Below are positions 1 through 10,710 of a DNA stretch of 64,000 nucleotides, piece after piece. Position 1 is the stretch's first letter. Each line of letters begins with the position of its first letter. The position numbers and the translations under genes are program-made. The notes under the pieces are model-generated. The model was given only the letters and a program-made list of their open reading frames with translations, was not told the DNA's origin and made no database searches. Source of the DNA: Octopus sinensis (taxonomy: Eukaryota); assembly GCF_006345805.1 (NCBI RefSeq), contig NC_043000.1, positions 66,154,001 through 66,218,000 of the forward strand. Direction: 5' to 3'.

Positions 1-259
1 TTTACAATCCACTCCCATGCTTGCATAAGTTAGAAAGAATTTGTTGCAGCAGATTTTCTACAACCCTTCCTGTTACCAACCTCACCACTTTCCAGATAAG
101 GTAATCTTTCCCCATAGCTAGATAAGCTTTTGACTAAAAATTGGAAACAAACAACATTGCTTGTATGATGGTAACACTCATTTGCCATCATCACATATTG
201 TCATGGCAAGGGTGCACATAAATACACTCATAAACATACATACATGCATGCATGCATGA

Positions 260-417
260 AACCTTCTTTCAACTTCCACATACCAAATCTACTCACAAGG
301 ATTTGGTTAGCCCAAGGCTTTAACTGAAGACACTTGCCCAAGGTTCAGTGCAGTGGGACTGAATCAAAGACCACATGGTTGGGGAGCAAGCTTCTCAACT
401 ACAGAGCCACATCTGCA
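260..417 (-). mobile_element. tRNA-derived SINE family A, 5' half, decayed
   Basis: Reverse complement of the SINE head seen at 7122 (gaagacacttgcccaagg...cagtgggactgaa...cacatggttg). Confidence 0.8.
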
Positions 418-544
418 TTTATAGATGTTACAATATTTGTTTTAATGCTTTCAGGTTTCATGTAAGCAAGATGTGAAATAGTTTACAGGCACAACAAACT
501 GTAGTTAGTTATAAAATAAAGGATAAAGACCCTTTCCAAGTCAT

Positions 545-775
545 ATAAATACATAGGGCTGGTTTCCTGGTTTCTGTGGCACAAATACTCTTCCTTGGAC
601 AGGATGCTGATCTGTCACAGGATTACTCATTTTTCCCAGCTGAGAGGACTGAAGTAGCATGAAATGAAATGTTTTACTCAAGAACACAACACTTTGCCCA
701 ATTAAGAAGTTGAAGCCACAATCATATGATCATGAATCCAACACCCTAACCACTAAGTGACACACCTTCACATAC
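545..775 (-). mobile_element. tRNA-derived SINE family C (related copies at about 22295-22600 + and 59585-59815 +)
   Basis: Shared core ttgagcaa(g)acact...gctccagt(c/t)cactcagctg...aaaatgagt with a tRNA-like head (tagtggttagggt). Confidence 0.6.
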
Positions 776-1128
776 AGTCTATTTACTGATACATATATAT
801 ATATTTCGTCAACATTGGAAGTTGATAAAAGGCAAATCTGATCTTGCTGAGCTGATAATTACATGACACTGAACTCAACAGCATAAAGCAGAGATGATGG
901 ACTTAATCCATCACTACCTGGACCTTGGGTGCCTATAGCAGATTCCACTATGTTGCAAACCTTCAAGTAAAACTCTGATCAAAGGATAACTTCTTTTCCT
1001 TAACTCTCACCACTTACAGAATCCCTAAAAAAGGGTCATATGTGCTAGTCTTGCTCCTCTGAATAAACCATTAAAAAAAGCAAAATAGTAGTAAAATAAA
1101 TAGATAAATAAATGAATAAATGACTTAC

Positions 1129-1350
1129 TGTGTTTAAACCTTCTACACTATTTCTTTGATACCTAGGCATGGTAGCTTTATTATTATTATTATTGATACT
1201 AGGTGATATTGACTTTGGTTGGCTGAATACATTGGTTGATTGGCTTGATGTTAATGCACAATGATTTGCAGATACAGGACTGTGTCTAAGTTTTGAAGAA
1301 TTGGGCTGTTTGCTTCCTTCTTTGTTTTTTTGTAGATGTTGTCTAATGAG
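1129..1350 (-). CDS. GLCCI1: Internal coding exon (phase 0-0, 74 codons) of a GLCCI1/FAM117-family gene
   Basis: Minus strand tctttttcAG|CTC...ACA|GTaagt. The 222 nt are open: LIRQHLQKNKEGSKQPNSSKLRHSPVSANHCALTSSQ...VEGLNT. This resembles the vertebrate GLCCI1/FAM117 segment 'KLRQQLQRSK...RQSP..GNH' (recalled, not searched). The assignment is to the family, not to one vertebrate paralogue. Confidence 0.85.
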
Positions 1351-2847
1351 CTGAAAAAGACAAATTTTATAGAAAACATAAATTATGCAAATTATTAAAC
1401 AAAATATTTTAAAATTATAGACATTATCATCATTATTTGTAATAGCTCACAATTTTTTTTTAATTAATAAATTGTACTGAAGCTGTGAACTTTCAATGGG
1501 GAGAAGAAGCAACTCAACTGATTGTTGAGTTACACAGCCTGTTGAGTAATGTTACACCAGAGATCTTTGGAGGGTTCCCCATTTCAGGTGCTTACATTCG
1601 CAATTGTACTCTTTCAGACATTACTACAGACATGTGTTTAGAATGTTGCAGAAAAGAATTGCAAGACAGGTTCTTCAAGCCAAGTCAGATGACAGGAAAC
1701 TGTGGGGTGGGCCAAGAATGAGCTGGATGGATAATATCCATAGTCTTAGTTAGCCATACTTAGGAATCCATCTTGAAAGTCTAATGATGTTTGCTTCAGA
1801 GAAGAACCTATGGAGAAGATGCCTCTATCCATATGACCTTTCCAGGAATACTGGGCAAAGATGGATAGATAAACATTGTTATATTTGGAGATGGTCATAT
1901 TTTTGCCAATTAACCATACACACTATATACTTGGTTTTCATTTCAGATCTATTATTATTCATATTTTAAGGTCTTTTGTTTGAAATCTTTTTGTCACACA
2001 TCCTGTGACCTCTTCAGCAACTCTCCATCCCATGTGTATCCTATAACAATATCCGTTTCAACACATAATTTCATATCAAGAATCTTGCAAGACCAAAAAC
2101 ATAGACATAAGATAGATAAATAGTTATATATATCAACTGTTTATCAGAAACCATTAAAGAGATTCAATACATTTTATAATTTATTAGTACTAGCAATGAC
2201 ATCCAGTCTTGTCAGTGGTGCTAGAAGGCAGTGTGTGCATATGTGTGCATGTGAATGTATGTAACATAGGCACCAGTGAAGTAGTGAAATAATTTGCAAC
2301 ACAAAGAAAAGACCCTTAATGGAGTTGAATTATAGAAGAGAGTGCGGTAGCTTTAGGCCAGGTGTTGAGAGGCTAAAATAAGATAGAGACTCAGGTACAG
2401 GAGATACATACATATGCCTACCCCACATTATAAAAGGGTGTATGAGAGAAGATAGGAAATGATCTGAATAAAAATTCAAAATTGAAAGTTACCTCTGAGA
2501 GAAATTCTTAAGAAAAAGTGGCAATTGAAAGTAACTCTCAAAGAAAAAGGGACAAAATTTCAAGAGATTAGGAACTAATCTCTACAAAGTTAATGAGTAA
2601 AGCCCAAGTCAATGTAAATACACTATCTTTAAGATAGCATGTTAGTACAAGTATCTATTTTTTTAAAATTCTTTACTGGTTTCAAACTTTAAACTACTGC
2701 TGGGCTAAGACATCATATTTGAGGGTTTTAGTCAATTAAATCAACCTCAGCACTTTGTCTAGTAGTTATTTTAACAATCTTGTATGGCTGAGTAGCACAC
2801 CGAATCTTCATTCAACCATGCCTCACTGGTATGTGTGTGTGTGTTCT

Positions 2848-3060
2848 TTCTACTATAGGCACAAGGCTTGGAGTTTTGGGGGAGGGGATTGGTCAATTAC
2901 ACTGATCCCTGTGTTTTGCTGACACTTATTTTATTGACCCCCAAAAAGATAAACAGCGAAGCTGGCCTCAGCAGAATTTGAACTCAGAATGTAGAGCTGG
3001 AAGAAATGCCACTAAGTACTTTTTGTCGGGCATGCTAACAATTCTACCAACTTACTACCT
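2848..3060 (-). mobile_element. tRNA-derived SINE family B (other copies at about 8530-8740, 14010-14180, 24578-24790, 39017-39222)
   Basis: Recurrent gcacaagg...ttacattgaccc...ggtacttattttat...gaatttgaactcagaa...gctaacaattctgcc. A B-box-like GAGTTCAAAT lies on the minus strand. Confidence 0.75.
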
Positions 3061-3356
3061 TTACACATACACACACACACACACATGCGCGCACACACAG
3101 GTACGTGCGCACATACACACACACACAGGTACGTGCGCACATGCACACACACACACACAATGTGTTTAATAAACATAAATTTTAGTTTCATTGTGAAAAT
3201 TAATCTGTTGATAAACTTAAGAAATATCAGCAGCTGAGAATTTGGTTTATCTGGTTAGTTTAATCTTTCTTAACTCTCAAAATTAAGAAAAATATATCTT
3301 TCTATTAACAATCTGTTATATTGTTGACATAAAAATAAAATTAAGAACCTAAAATA

Positions 3357-3742
3357 AGGCACAGGCTTGGGTGTATGGTAAGAAGTTTGCTTCCCAACCA
3401 CATGGTTCTAGGCTCAGTCCCACTGTGTGGCATCACAGGCAAGTGTTTTCTATGATAGTCCTGGGCTGGCCAAAGCCTTGTAAATAAATTTGGTTGATAG
3501 GAACTAGAAGCTCATCGTGTGTATGTGTGTGTATGTGATATCTTTGCTTTTGTCTCCTACTGCTACAGTGTTAGTGTGTTTACACCCTCATAACTTAGCA
3601 GTTTGGTAAAAAAAAAAAAAAAAAAGATGAATAGAAGAAGCAGAATTTAAAAAAGTAATTACTGGAGTTGATGACTAAACCCTTCAAGGTGTTGCCCCAG
3701 CGTGGCCACAGGTCAATGACTGAAACAAGTAAATGAAAAGAT
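3357..3742 (+). mobile_element. SINE family A, full-length but decayed
   Basis: Head tatggtaagaagtttgcttcccaaccacatggttc...cagtcccactg and tail gccccagcgtggccacaggtcaatgactgaaacaagtaaa. Confidence 0.8.
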
Positions 3743-3877
3743 AAAAAAACAACAGATAATTGTACAATGTTGATTTAACCACAAAAGTATCAACAACATA
3801 GTACGGTGATGAATAAATCTGTGTGCAGAAAATACCTTTATCCGTATATCAATAACTAAGCTGCATTAGCACTTTTG

Positions 3878-3959
<82 letters not shown>

Positions 3960-4409
3960 TGTATGTGTGTGTCTTTTATTTTTTACCTGTTTCATTCATT
4001 AGAATACAGCTGTGTTGAGGCAACACCTTGAAGAGGTTTTAGTCAAATTAATCAATCTCAGTGCTTTTTTTTGTTTTTTTAAGGCTGGTACTTGTTCTAT
4101 TGGTTTCTTTTGTCAAACGCTAAGTTACAGGGATATAAACACACCAACACCAATTATCAAGCAGTGGTGGGGAACAGACACCAAGATACACACAGATATA
4201 TAAATATATATCATTATCATCATTGTTTAACATCCTCCTTCCATGCTGGCATGGGTTCACCGGTTTGACAGGAGCTGGCCAGGCAGGAGACTGTATCAGA
4301 CGCCTGTGTCTGTTTTGACATGGTTTTTACGGTTGGATGCCCTTCCTAACACCAGCCACCCAGCAGGGCGGACAGAGTGCTTTTTACATGACACAAATAT
4401 ATATATATA

Positions 4410-5254
4410 CTAGCAGAATTGCCCGGCGTTGCTCGGGGCTGAATTGCTTGAAAGTACTGTTAATGATTGCACTGAATTATGATGATTATTCAGGCAAATA
4501 TTGATATAAGCTTACGGTGAGAGATAAGGACTTAACGATCAAACGTGTGCCATTGCATTGTTTTGGGGGAACCAAATTTCTGATGAGCATTATAGGGGCA
4601 CCAACTTTAAGTTTGAGAAAGTGTGGTGGTAGTCCGGGGTGCTCAAAGGAATTGAGTACCTCTATTGGATAGTTGATGACGTCCTCTGGGTCAGGAGTTG
4701 TATTGATAGACTGATATACATAGACTTCCCCAGGAATGAGTTTTAGCATTTCATCATTAATATGGTGAACAGTTTTATTCCTCGGGGCCAGTATAGCCTT
4801 TTTGCCAATCCAATCCATATTCTGATAATTAGCTTGTAGATCTGGGAACACTGCATCTCTGAGATCAGAAGGCGTCTTAACAATGGTACAAATGGAATCG
4901 ATGGCAATATTACCATTTTCATCCCCTGGTATTTTGCCTTCGCCAAGTGCAAGGAGGGTGTGAGGAAATGCTGGTGATGTGATATTACGTCGCATATGAG
5001 CACGCATATTGGTGTGAAGTTTGAGAGTTACTTCCATTTATTTTTAAAAATATGCATTAAAATGGAAAAAAATGATGGTAATTTTTTTTTTAAATCGTAG
5101 TCTCATCGTAGACGCGCGCTAATACCCAGAAGGACTCGATATGAATCACGACTATAAGATACCCGGTTTTGGTTAAACTGCATCGCAAAATGCGGGAGTA
5201 GTTAGGAATCTAAATCGGAGTAGACAGACACACAACCTTTCTTTTATATATAAA
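4410..5254 (-). mobile_element. Non-autonomous Helitron carrying a PIF1-helicase fragment
   Basis: Minus-strand 3' end has the hairpin cccgagcaacgccggg (4422-4437) followed by CTAG|T at 4413-4410. The 5' end is t(t)tatatataaaag at about 5254. Confidence 0.85.
4486..5037 (-). pseudogene. Helitron PIF1-like helicase fragment (183-aa open frame)
   Basis: Motifs LHTNMR, LLALGEG, AILAPRN, YPIEVLNS...GLPPHFLKLKVGAPIMLIRNL, CNGTRLIV. Lacks the Walker A/B region and the C-terminus. Confidence 0.9.
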
Positions 5255-6633
5255 TATTTTCGTCCTAAAAAACTTTGTATGGATTGAATGGTTACCTCTA
5301 TGGAAATATATACACGCACATTATACATACATGTGTGTATAGATGAATATATAAATACATTTAAATATCTATATACACTTTTGGGCGATCTTTCTGTTTC
5401 TTAGAGATAACTTTAGATCTTATTTTCGTGCTAAAAAACTTTGTATGGAGTGAATGGTTACCTCTATGGAAATATATACACACACGTTATACATATATGT
5501 GTGCATAGATGAATATATAAATACATTTATATATCTATATACACTTTTGGGCGATCTCTGTGCTACTTAAAGATAACTTTAGATCTTATTTTCATCCTAA
5601 AAAACTTTGTGCGGAGTGAATGGTTACGTGTATGGAAATATATACACACACATTATACATACATCTGTGTATAGATGAATATATAAATACATTTAAATAT
5701 CTATATACACTTTTGGGCGATCTTTCTGCTACTTGGATATAGGGGCGATGTTTCGCTTGTCGTAGCACACGTTTCCGTCGATTTCCATAAAAAATGTAAA
5801 CACTGAATCGGCCATACATACACACACACATACATACACACACACACACACACACATGCATACATACATATACACATAAACCGAGTAAAAAATTTCAGTT
5901 ATCTCTCTCTTTCACACATTACTCTCTCTGTCTCTTCACACACACTAACAGAAGCACTTCACTTACACAACATACTGTCTGTCTCCCACACTCCATCAAA
6001 CACACACACACACACACATGTACATCAATGCGTCCCATGCACGGTAACTTCAAAAGAACTTCCCTCGTCATACAATCGCTTTCTCTTAGTCTCTTTCACT
6101 CTCATTACTTAGGTAAAAAACTAAAAGTTTTTTACGGAAATCGACGGAAACCTGTGCTACGACAAGCGAAACATTGCCGATATGGCGATGTGCTACGACA
6201 AGCGAAACATCGCCGATATAGGTCTTATATTCGTCCTAAAATACTTTCCTGTCACACACTCACGCACACACACGCACGTTAGCTTACAATTTTATTTATA
6301 TATTTGCGTGTCTATGTGTGTAAAGAGGAAGTGGCAGACTGAAAGAGTCACTCACTACAAAAGGTGAATTACTTTCATTTTATTCGTTGCACACTGTGCG
6401 TGTGCATGTGGTGTAAAACACATTAAGAAAAGCATTTGACATACACACCAGAATGTGAGTTTTCTGTAAATTTTGCTTAATTGGAGTTTAAATTTTAAAA
6501 AGTGGACCTGGCAAAACCCAATGCATTCTACTCTTAAAAATGCTAAGTAAATTGTAATTGAAGAAATCCTATATTGTAGATTTCTATATGTGACAAAGGG
6601 AGGCAGATAAAATCTGCCTTTTATAATAAGAGA
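5255..6633 (-). mobile_element. 5' portion of a second non-autonomous Helitron
   Basis: Minus-strand A|TCTCTTATTATAAAAGGCAG terminus at 6633, similar to the Helitron 5' end at 59356. Contains the minisatellite and an inverted repeat (5745-5792 vs 6128-6178). Confidence 0.6.
5257..5735. repeat. 166-bp tandem repeat, about 2.9 copies
   Basis: ctaaaaaactttgt starts at 5265, 5431 and 5597, and the units are near-identical. Confidence 0.9.
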
Positions 6634-6644
6634 TATATATATAC

Positions 6645-7048
6645 TCTTTTTACTCTTTTACTCTTTTACTTGTTTCAGTCATTTGACTGCGGCCATGCTG
6701 GAGCACCGCCTTTTTTAACCCCGGGACTTATTCTTTTGTAAGCCCAGTACTTATTCTATCGGTCTCTTTTGCCAAACCGCTAAGTGACGGGGACATAAAC
6801 ACACCAGCATCGGTTGTCAAGCAATGCTAGGGGGACAAACACAGACACACAAACACACACACACATATATATATATATACATATATACGACGGGCTTCTT
6901 TCAGTTTCCGTCTACCAAATCCACTCACAAGGCTTTGGTCGGCCTGAGGCGATAGTAGAAGACACTTGCGCAAGGTGCCACGCAGTGGGACTGAACCCGG
7001 AACCATGTGGTTGGTAAACAAGCTACTTACCACACAGCCACTCCTACG

Positions 7049-7050
<2 letters not shown>
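6645..7050 (-). mobile_element. SINE family A, young full-length copy
   Basis: Reverse complement of 7122-7529, with CpGs retained and a (gagtaaaa)n tail. Confidence 0.92.
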
Positions 7051-7121
<71 letters not shown>

Positions 7122-7123
<2 letters not shown>

Positions 7124-7291
7124 GCAGGAGTGGCTGTGTGGTAAGTAGCTTGCTAACCAACCACATGGTTCCAGGTTCAGTCCCACTGCATGGCATCTTG
7201 GGCAAGTGTCTTTTACTATAGCCCCGGGCCGACCAATGCCTTGTGAGTGGATTTGGTAGATGGAAACTGAAAGAAGCCTTTCGTATATATG

Positions 7292-7326
<35 letters not shown>

Positions 7327-7529
7327 TTGTGTGTGTCCCCCTAGCATTGCTTGACAACCGATGCTGGTGTGTTTACGTCCCCGCCACTTAGCGGTTCGGC
7401 AAAAGAGACCGATAGAATAAGTACTGGGCTTACAAAAGAATAAGGAGGTCGATTTGCTCGACTAAAGGCAGTGCTCCAGCATGGCCACAGTCAAATGACT
7501 GAAACAAGTAAAAGAGTAAAGAGTAAGAG
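7122..7529 (+). mobile_element. SINE family A, young full-length copy (further copies at about 8195, 10840, 11630, 13305, 22660, 25455, 26298, 41187, 41983, 43480, 46410, 48078, 53676, 55828)
   Basis: A-box-like TGGCTGTGTGG and B-box-like GGTTCAGTCCC, an internal (TA)/(TG) tract, and the tail gtgctccagcatggccacagtcaaatgactgaaacaagtaaaagag. Confidence 0.92.
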
Positions 7530-7539
7530 TATATATATG

Positions 7540-8180
7540 GGTTAATTGGAAGGGTATCAGAGAAAATAGTTTTCATATGTGGAAAATGCACAGGATCCTT
7601 AAAAACATTAAATACTTATTGAGCGATTACTTGGGAAATTGATTCTCTCAAATGCCTCAATGCAAGTGTACATGTTCTTCAGAGTACCAGTGTTCTGAGA
7701 GAGAAGTTAGGTGTAAGAGGAATTATTTGTTGTGTGCAAGAGAGGCGACTGCACTGGTTTGGTCATGTGATGCACGTGGATGCTGACAGCTCCATAAAAA
7801 AGTGCTGATCTCTCAAAGTAGATGGAACACATGGAAGAGGGAGACCCAGGGAGACATGGGACAAAGTGCTGAAGAATGATCTCAAGAAAATGAACCTTTC
7901 AGATGAGATGACACCTGGCACCTGGCCATACTTAAGAAGACCTGTACCCCGCAGCAGCAGTGCTAAGACCGATCCTTCTGGGTGGATAAAGCACCCATGG
8001 TGGTGTCATGTAAAAGTGCCAGTGCAGTGTTGCATAAAAACATCCAACACACTCTGTAAAGTGGTTGGCAATAGGAACAGCATCCAGCCATAGAAACCAT
8101 GCCAAATCAGACTGGACTCTGGTGCAGTCCACCAGCTCACACTGTTCAACCCAAGCTAGCATGGACAATGAATAGTGATG
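7540..8180 (+). mobile_element. RTE-clade LINE 3' fragment, decayed
   Basis: Similar to 48520-49840: RRL.WFGHV..., GRGRPR.TW, and the 3' UTR. Confidence 0.75.
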
Positions 8181-9134
8181 ATATATATATGACATGCTTC
8201 TTTCAGTTTCTGTCCATCAAATTCACTCACAAGGTTTTGATCGGCCCAAGGCTATTGTAGAAGACACTTGCCCAAGGTGCCATGCAATGGGACTGAAACT
8301 AGAACTATGTGGTTTGGAAGCAAACTTCTTACCACATAGCCATGCCTGCACCTATAAGTATATATATAATGAAATTTTAAAACTCATGATAACCTTTGCT
8401 TTTTCTAATATTTGTATGTTTTATACATTTAATACAAAAACTATTTAATCTATACACTCAAAGATACAACTAATTCAATTACAAGAAACACAAACCCCAG
8501 CACTCTATCTTTTTATAAATAAATATTCCTTTCTACTATATGCACAAGGCCTAAAATTTTGGAGGATGGGGATAGTTGATTACATTGACCCCAGAGCTTA
8601 ATTGGTACTTATTTTATCAACCACAAAAGGATGAAAGGTAAAGTGGACCTCTGCAGAATCTGAACTCAGAATGTAGAGATAAACAAAATGCCATTATGCA
8701 TTTTGCTCAGCATGCTAATGATTCTGCCAGTTCACCACTTTTTGTTTATGTACAAATATTAATTTATATACTAAGTTGTACTAAGGCCATGGTCAACCTG
8801 AGGTTAAGGTAGAAAATGATTGCAAAATCAGTGTTGTGGAGAAGAATAGAAGGAGGAAATAACACTAACAGGGAGGTTGCAGCAGAGAAATGCTGAGAGA
8901 AAAAAAGGAGAGTGTGTTTCGTAAGAAACCTGGGACATGAAATACAATATGAAGTGAAGAACAAGCAGCTTTAATATAAAAGCAATATAGAGTTAGCAAA
9001 TTCAGAGTATCTAAATTTATTCTAGATGATGAGACAATAGGATGGATACAGATGGAAGATGGCTCTAAAGCTGTAAAGTGTTTATAAGTAAAAAGCAAGC
9101 ATCAGTTTTGTTTTCTATTTTTCTTTCAACAGAG

Positions 9135-10300
9135 GGATGCCATGTATTAAGTGTGCTGTCAGTAAGGTGAGAGTTAACCACAAATACAGAGTTTGGTGTA
9201 CAGGTATGTGTTCATCAGTGCTCAGTCCTCATTTCCCTACTTTTTCATCATTGTCCTCCAGGCCATACTAGAGGAATTCAAGCAGATTCTATATCAGAGC
9301 TAGAAAAGAAATTCCAGGTGTAGAAGCAAAAGGGCCTTAAGGTTAACTTAGCAAAGACTAAGATCCTAGTAAACAAGAAAACAGAGAGGACTCTACCCGC
9401 TTCAGGTAAGTGGCCCTACTCGATTTGTAGGAAAGGTGTAGACAAGGATTCCATACAGTGTACCCAGTGTAAGCTATGGACACACAAGAGGTGCGGTGGA
9501 ATAATAGGAAGCTTATCAGAGAAAGTTGTGCCCATATGTGGAAGATACTCAGGAGCCATAAAAACTACAGATACTCAGAAATTGAGTCTCTCAAATGCTC
9601 TGGTGGCTCATTAGAGGTAGGAGATAATTTCTGCTACCTAGGGGACGAAATTAATAATGGGGAAGGATGTACAGAGAGTGTAATAGCTAATATAAGAATA
9701 GGATGGAGAAAATTCAGAGATTTTACTCTGTCAGCAACTAAAGGTTTCTCTTTCCGAGTGAAAGGAAGATTGTATGATGCATGCGAACAGCAATTCTACA
9801 TGGTAGTGAGATGTGAGCCCTGAATGCAGAGAACATGCAAAGGCTAGAGAGGAATGAGGCTAGTGTGCTCCACTGGATGTGTAATGTAAGTGTACATGTG
9901 CAACAATGTTAGTGTGAGAGAAGTTAGGCATAAGAGGAAGTAGATGCAGTGTGCAAGACAGAAGACTGTGCTAGTTTGGTCACGTGATGCAAATGGATAA
10001 TGTCAGCTCCATAAAGAAATGCCATTCGCCCAAAGTGGATGGAACTTGTAAAAGAGAAAGTCCCAGGCAGATATGGGACCAAGGACTGAAGGACAACTTC
10101 AGAATGCTGAATCTTTCAGATGAAATAATTAAAGACTGAGATACCTGACACCTCCACAGCAGACGTGTTAAGACCACATCCCCTGGTGAAGAGGATTGGC
10201 CTGCAAAAGTCTGTGCTGGTGCACTTGTACCAGTGCCACATAAAAGTACCCATGTCAGTGCCATATTAAAAGCACCCAGCACACATCATCATCATCATAA
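9135..10300 (+). mobile_element. RTE-clade LINE fragment, decayed, spanning RT and the Cys-rich insert
   Basis: Frameshifted LSP..F.IVLQA, WP.SICRKGV...IQCTQCKLWTHKRC, LEVGDNFCYLGD, VKGRLYDAC. Confidence 0.85.
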
Positions 10301-10485
10301 ATCCAGTGAGACAGTAACATAATATATCTGCACATTGTGTATATAGTTATTTGGTTTACTATCTACATGGTATAGGTCTGTCAGATCAGGATTGATTTGG
10401 AGCTAAACAACATTGGCAACAATTTTATTGATACAGTTTTTGAAAGCTTTTGAAAATTCAGTATACAGGAGTACATCTATATGTT

Positions 10486-10710
10486 TAACTCTTTAGCATT
10501 CAGGCTCCTCTGTCAAATACAATGCTTATTTATTCACATTGTTTTGAATTAACCATGCTTTATCTTGTAGCTTTCAGATTTCAATGACATGACTGTTTAT
10601 CTTTGGAATGACATGAGATAGTCATGAAAGGTTGAATGTAGCCAGTTTCAACATAAAACAGGTAGAATATTTGGACTGGATATGGCCAGTTCAAAATGCT
10701 AAAGGGTAAT
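10486..10710. mobile_element. TTAA-flanked piggyBac-like MITE family (also about 28669-28862, partial 38225-38440, variant 62990-63205)
   Basis: Termini ttaa(c/t)tctttagcatt ... aatgctaaagggt(t)aa with a shared internal sequence. Confidence 0.65.

Noticed and set aside
4486-5037. Host PIF1 helicase gene
   Set aside because: It is an intronless fragment bounded by Helitron termini and lacks the ATP-binding motifs.
6814-7357. ORFs 'MSSNARG...CPRCHAVGLN' recurring at many loci
   Set aside because: They are reading frames through SINE family A copies, not a gene family.
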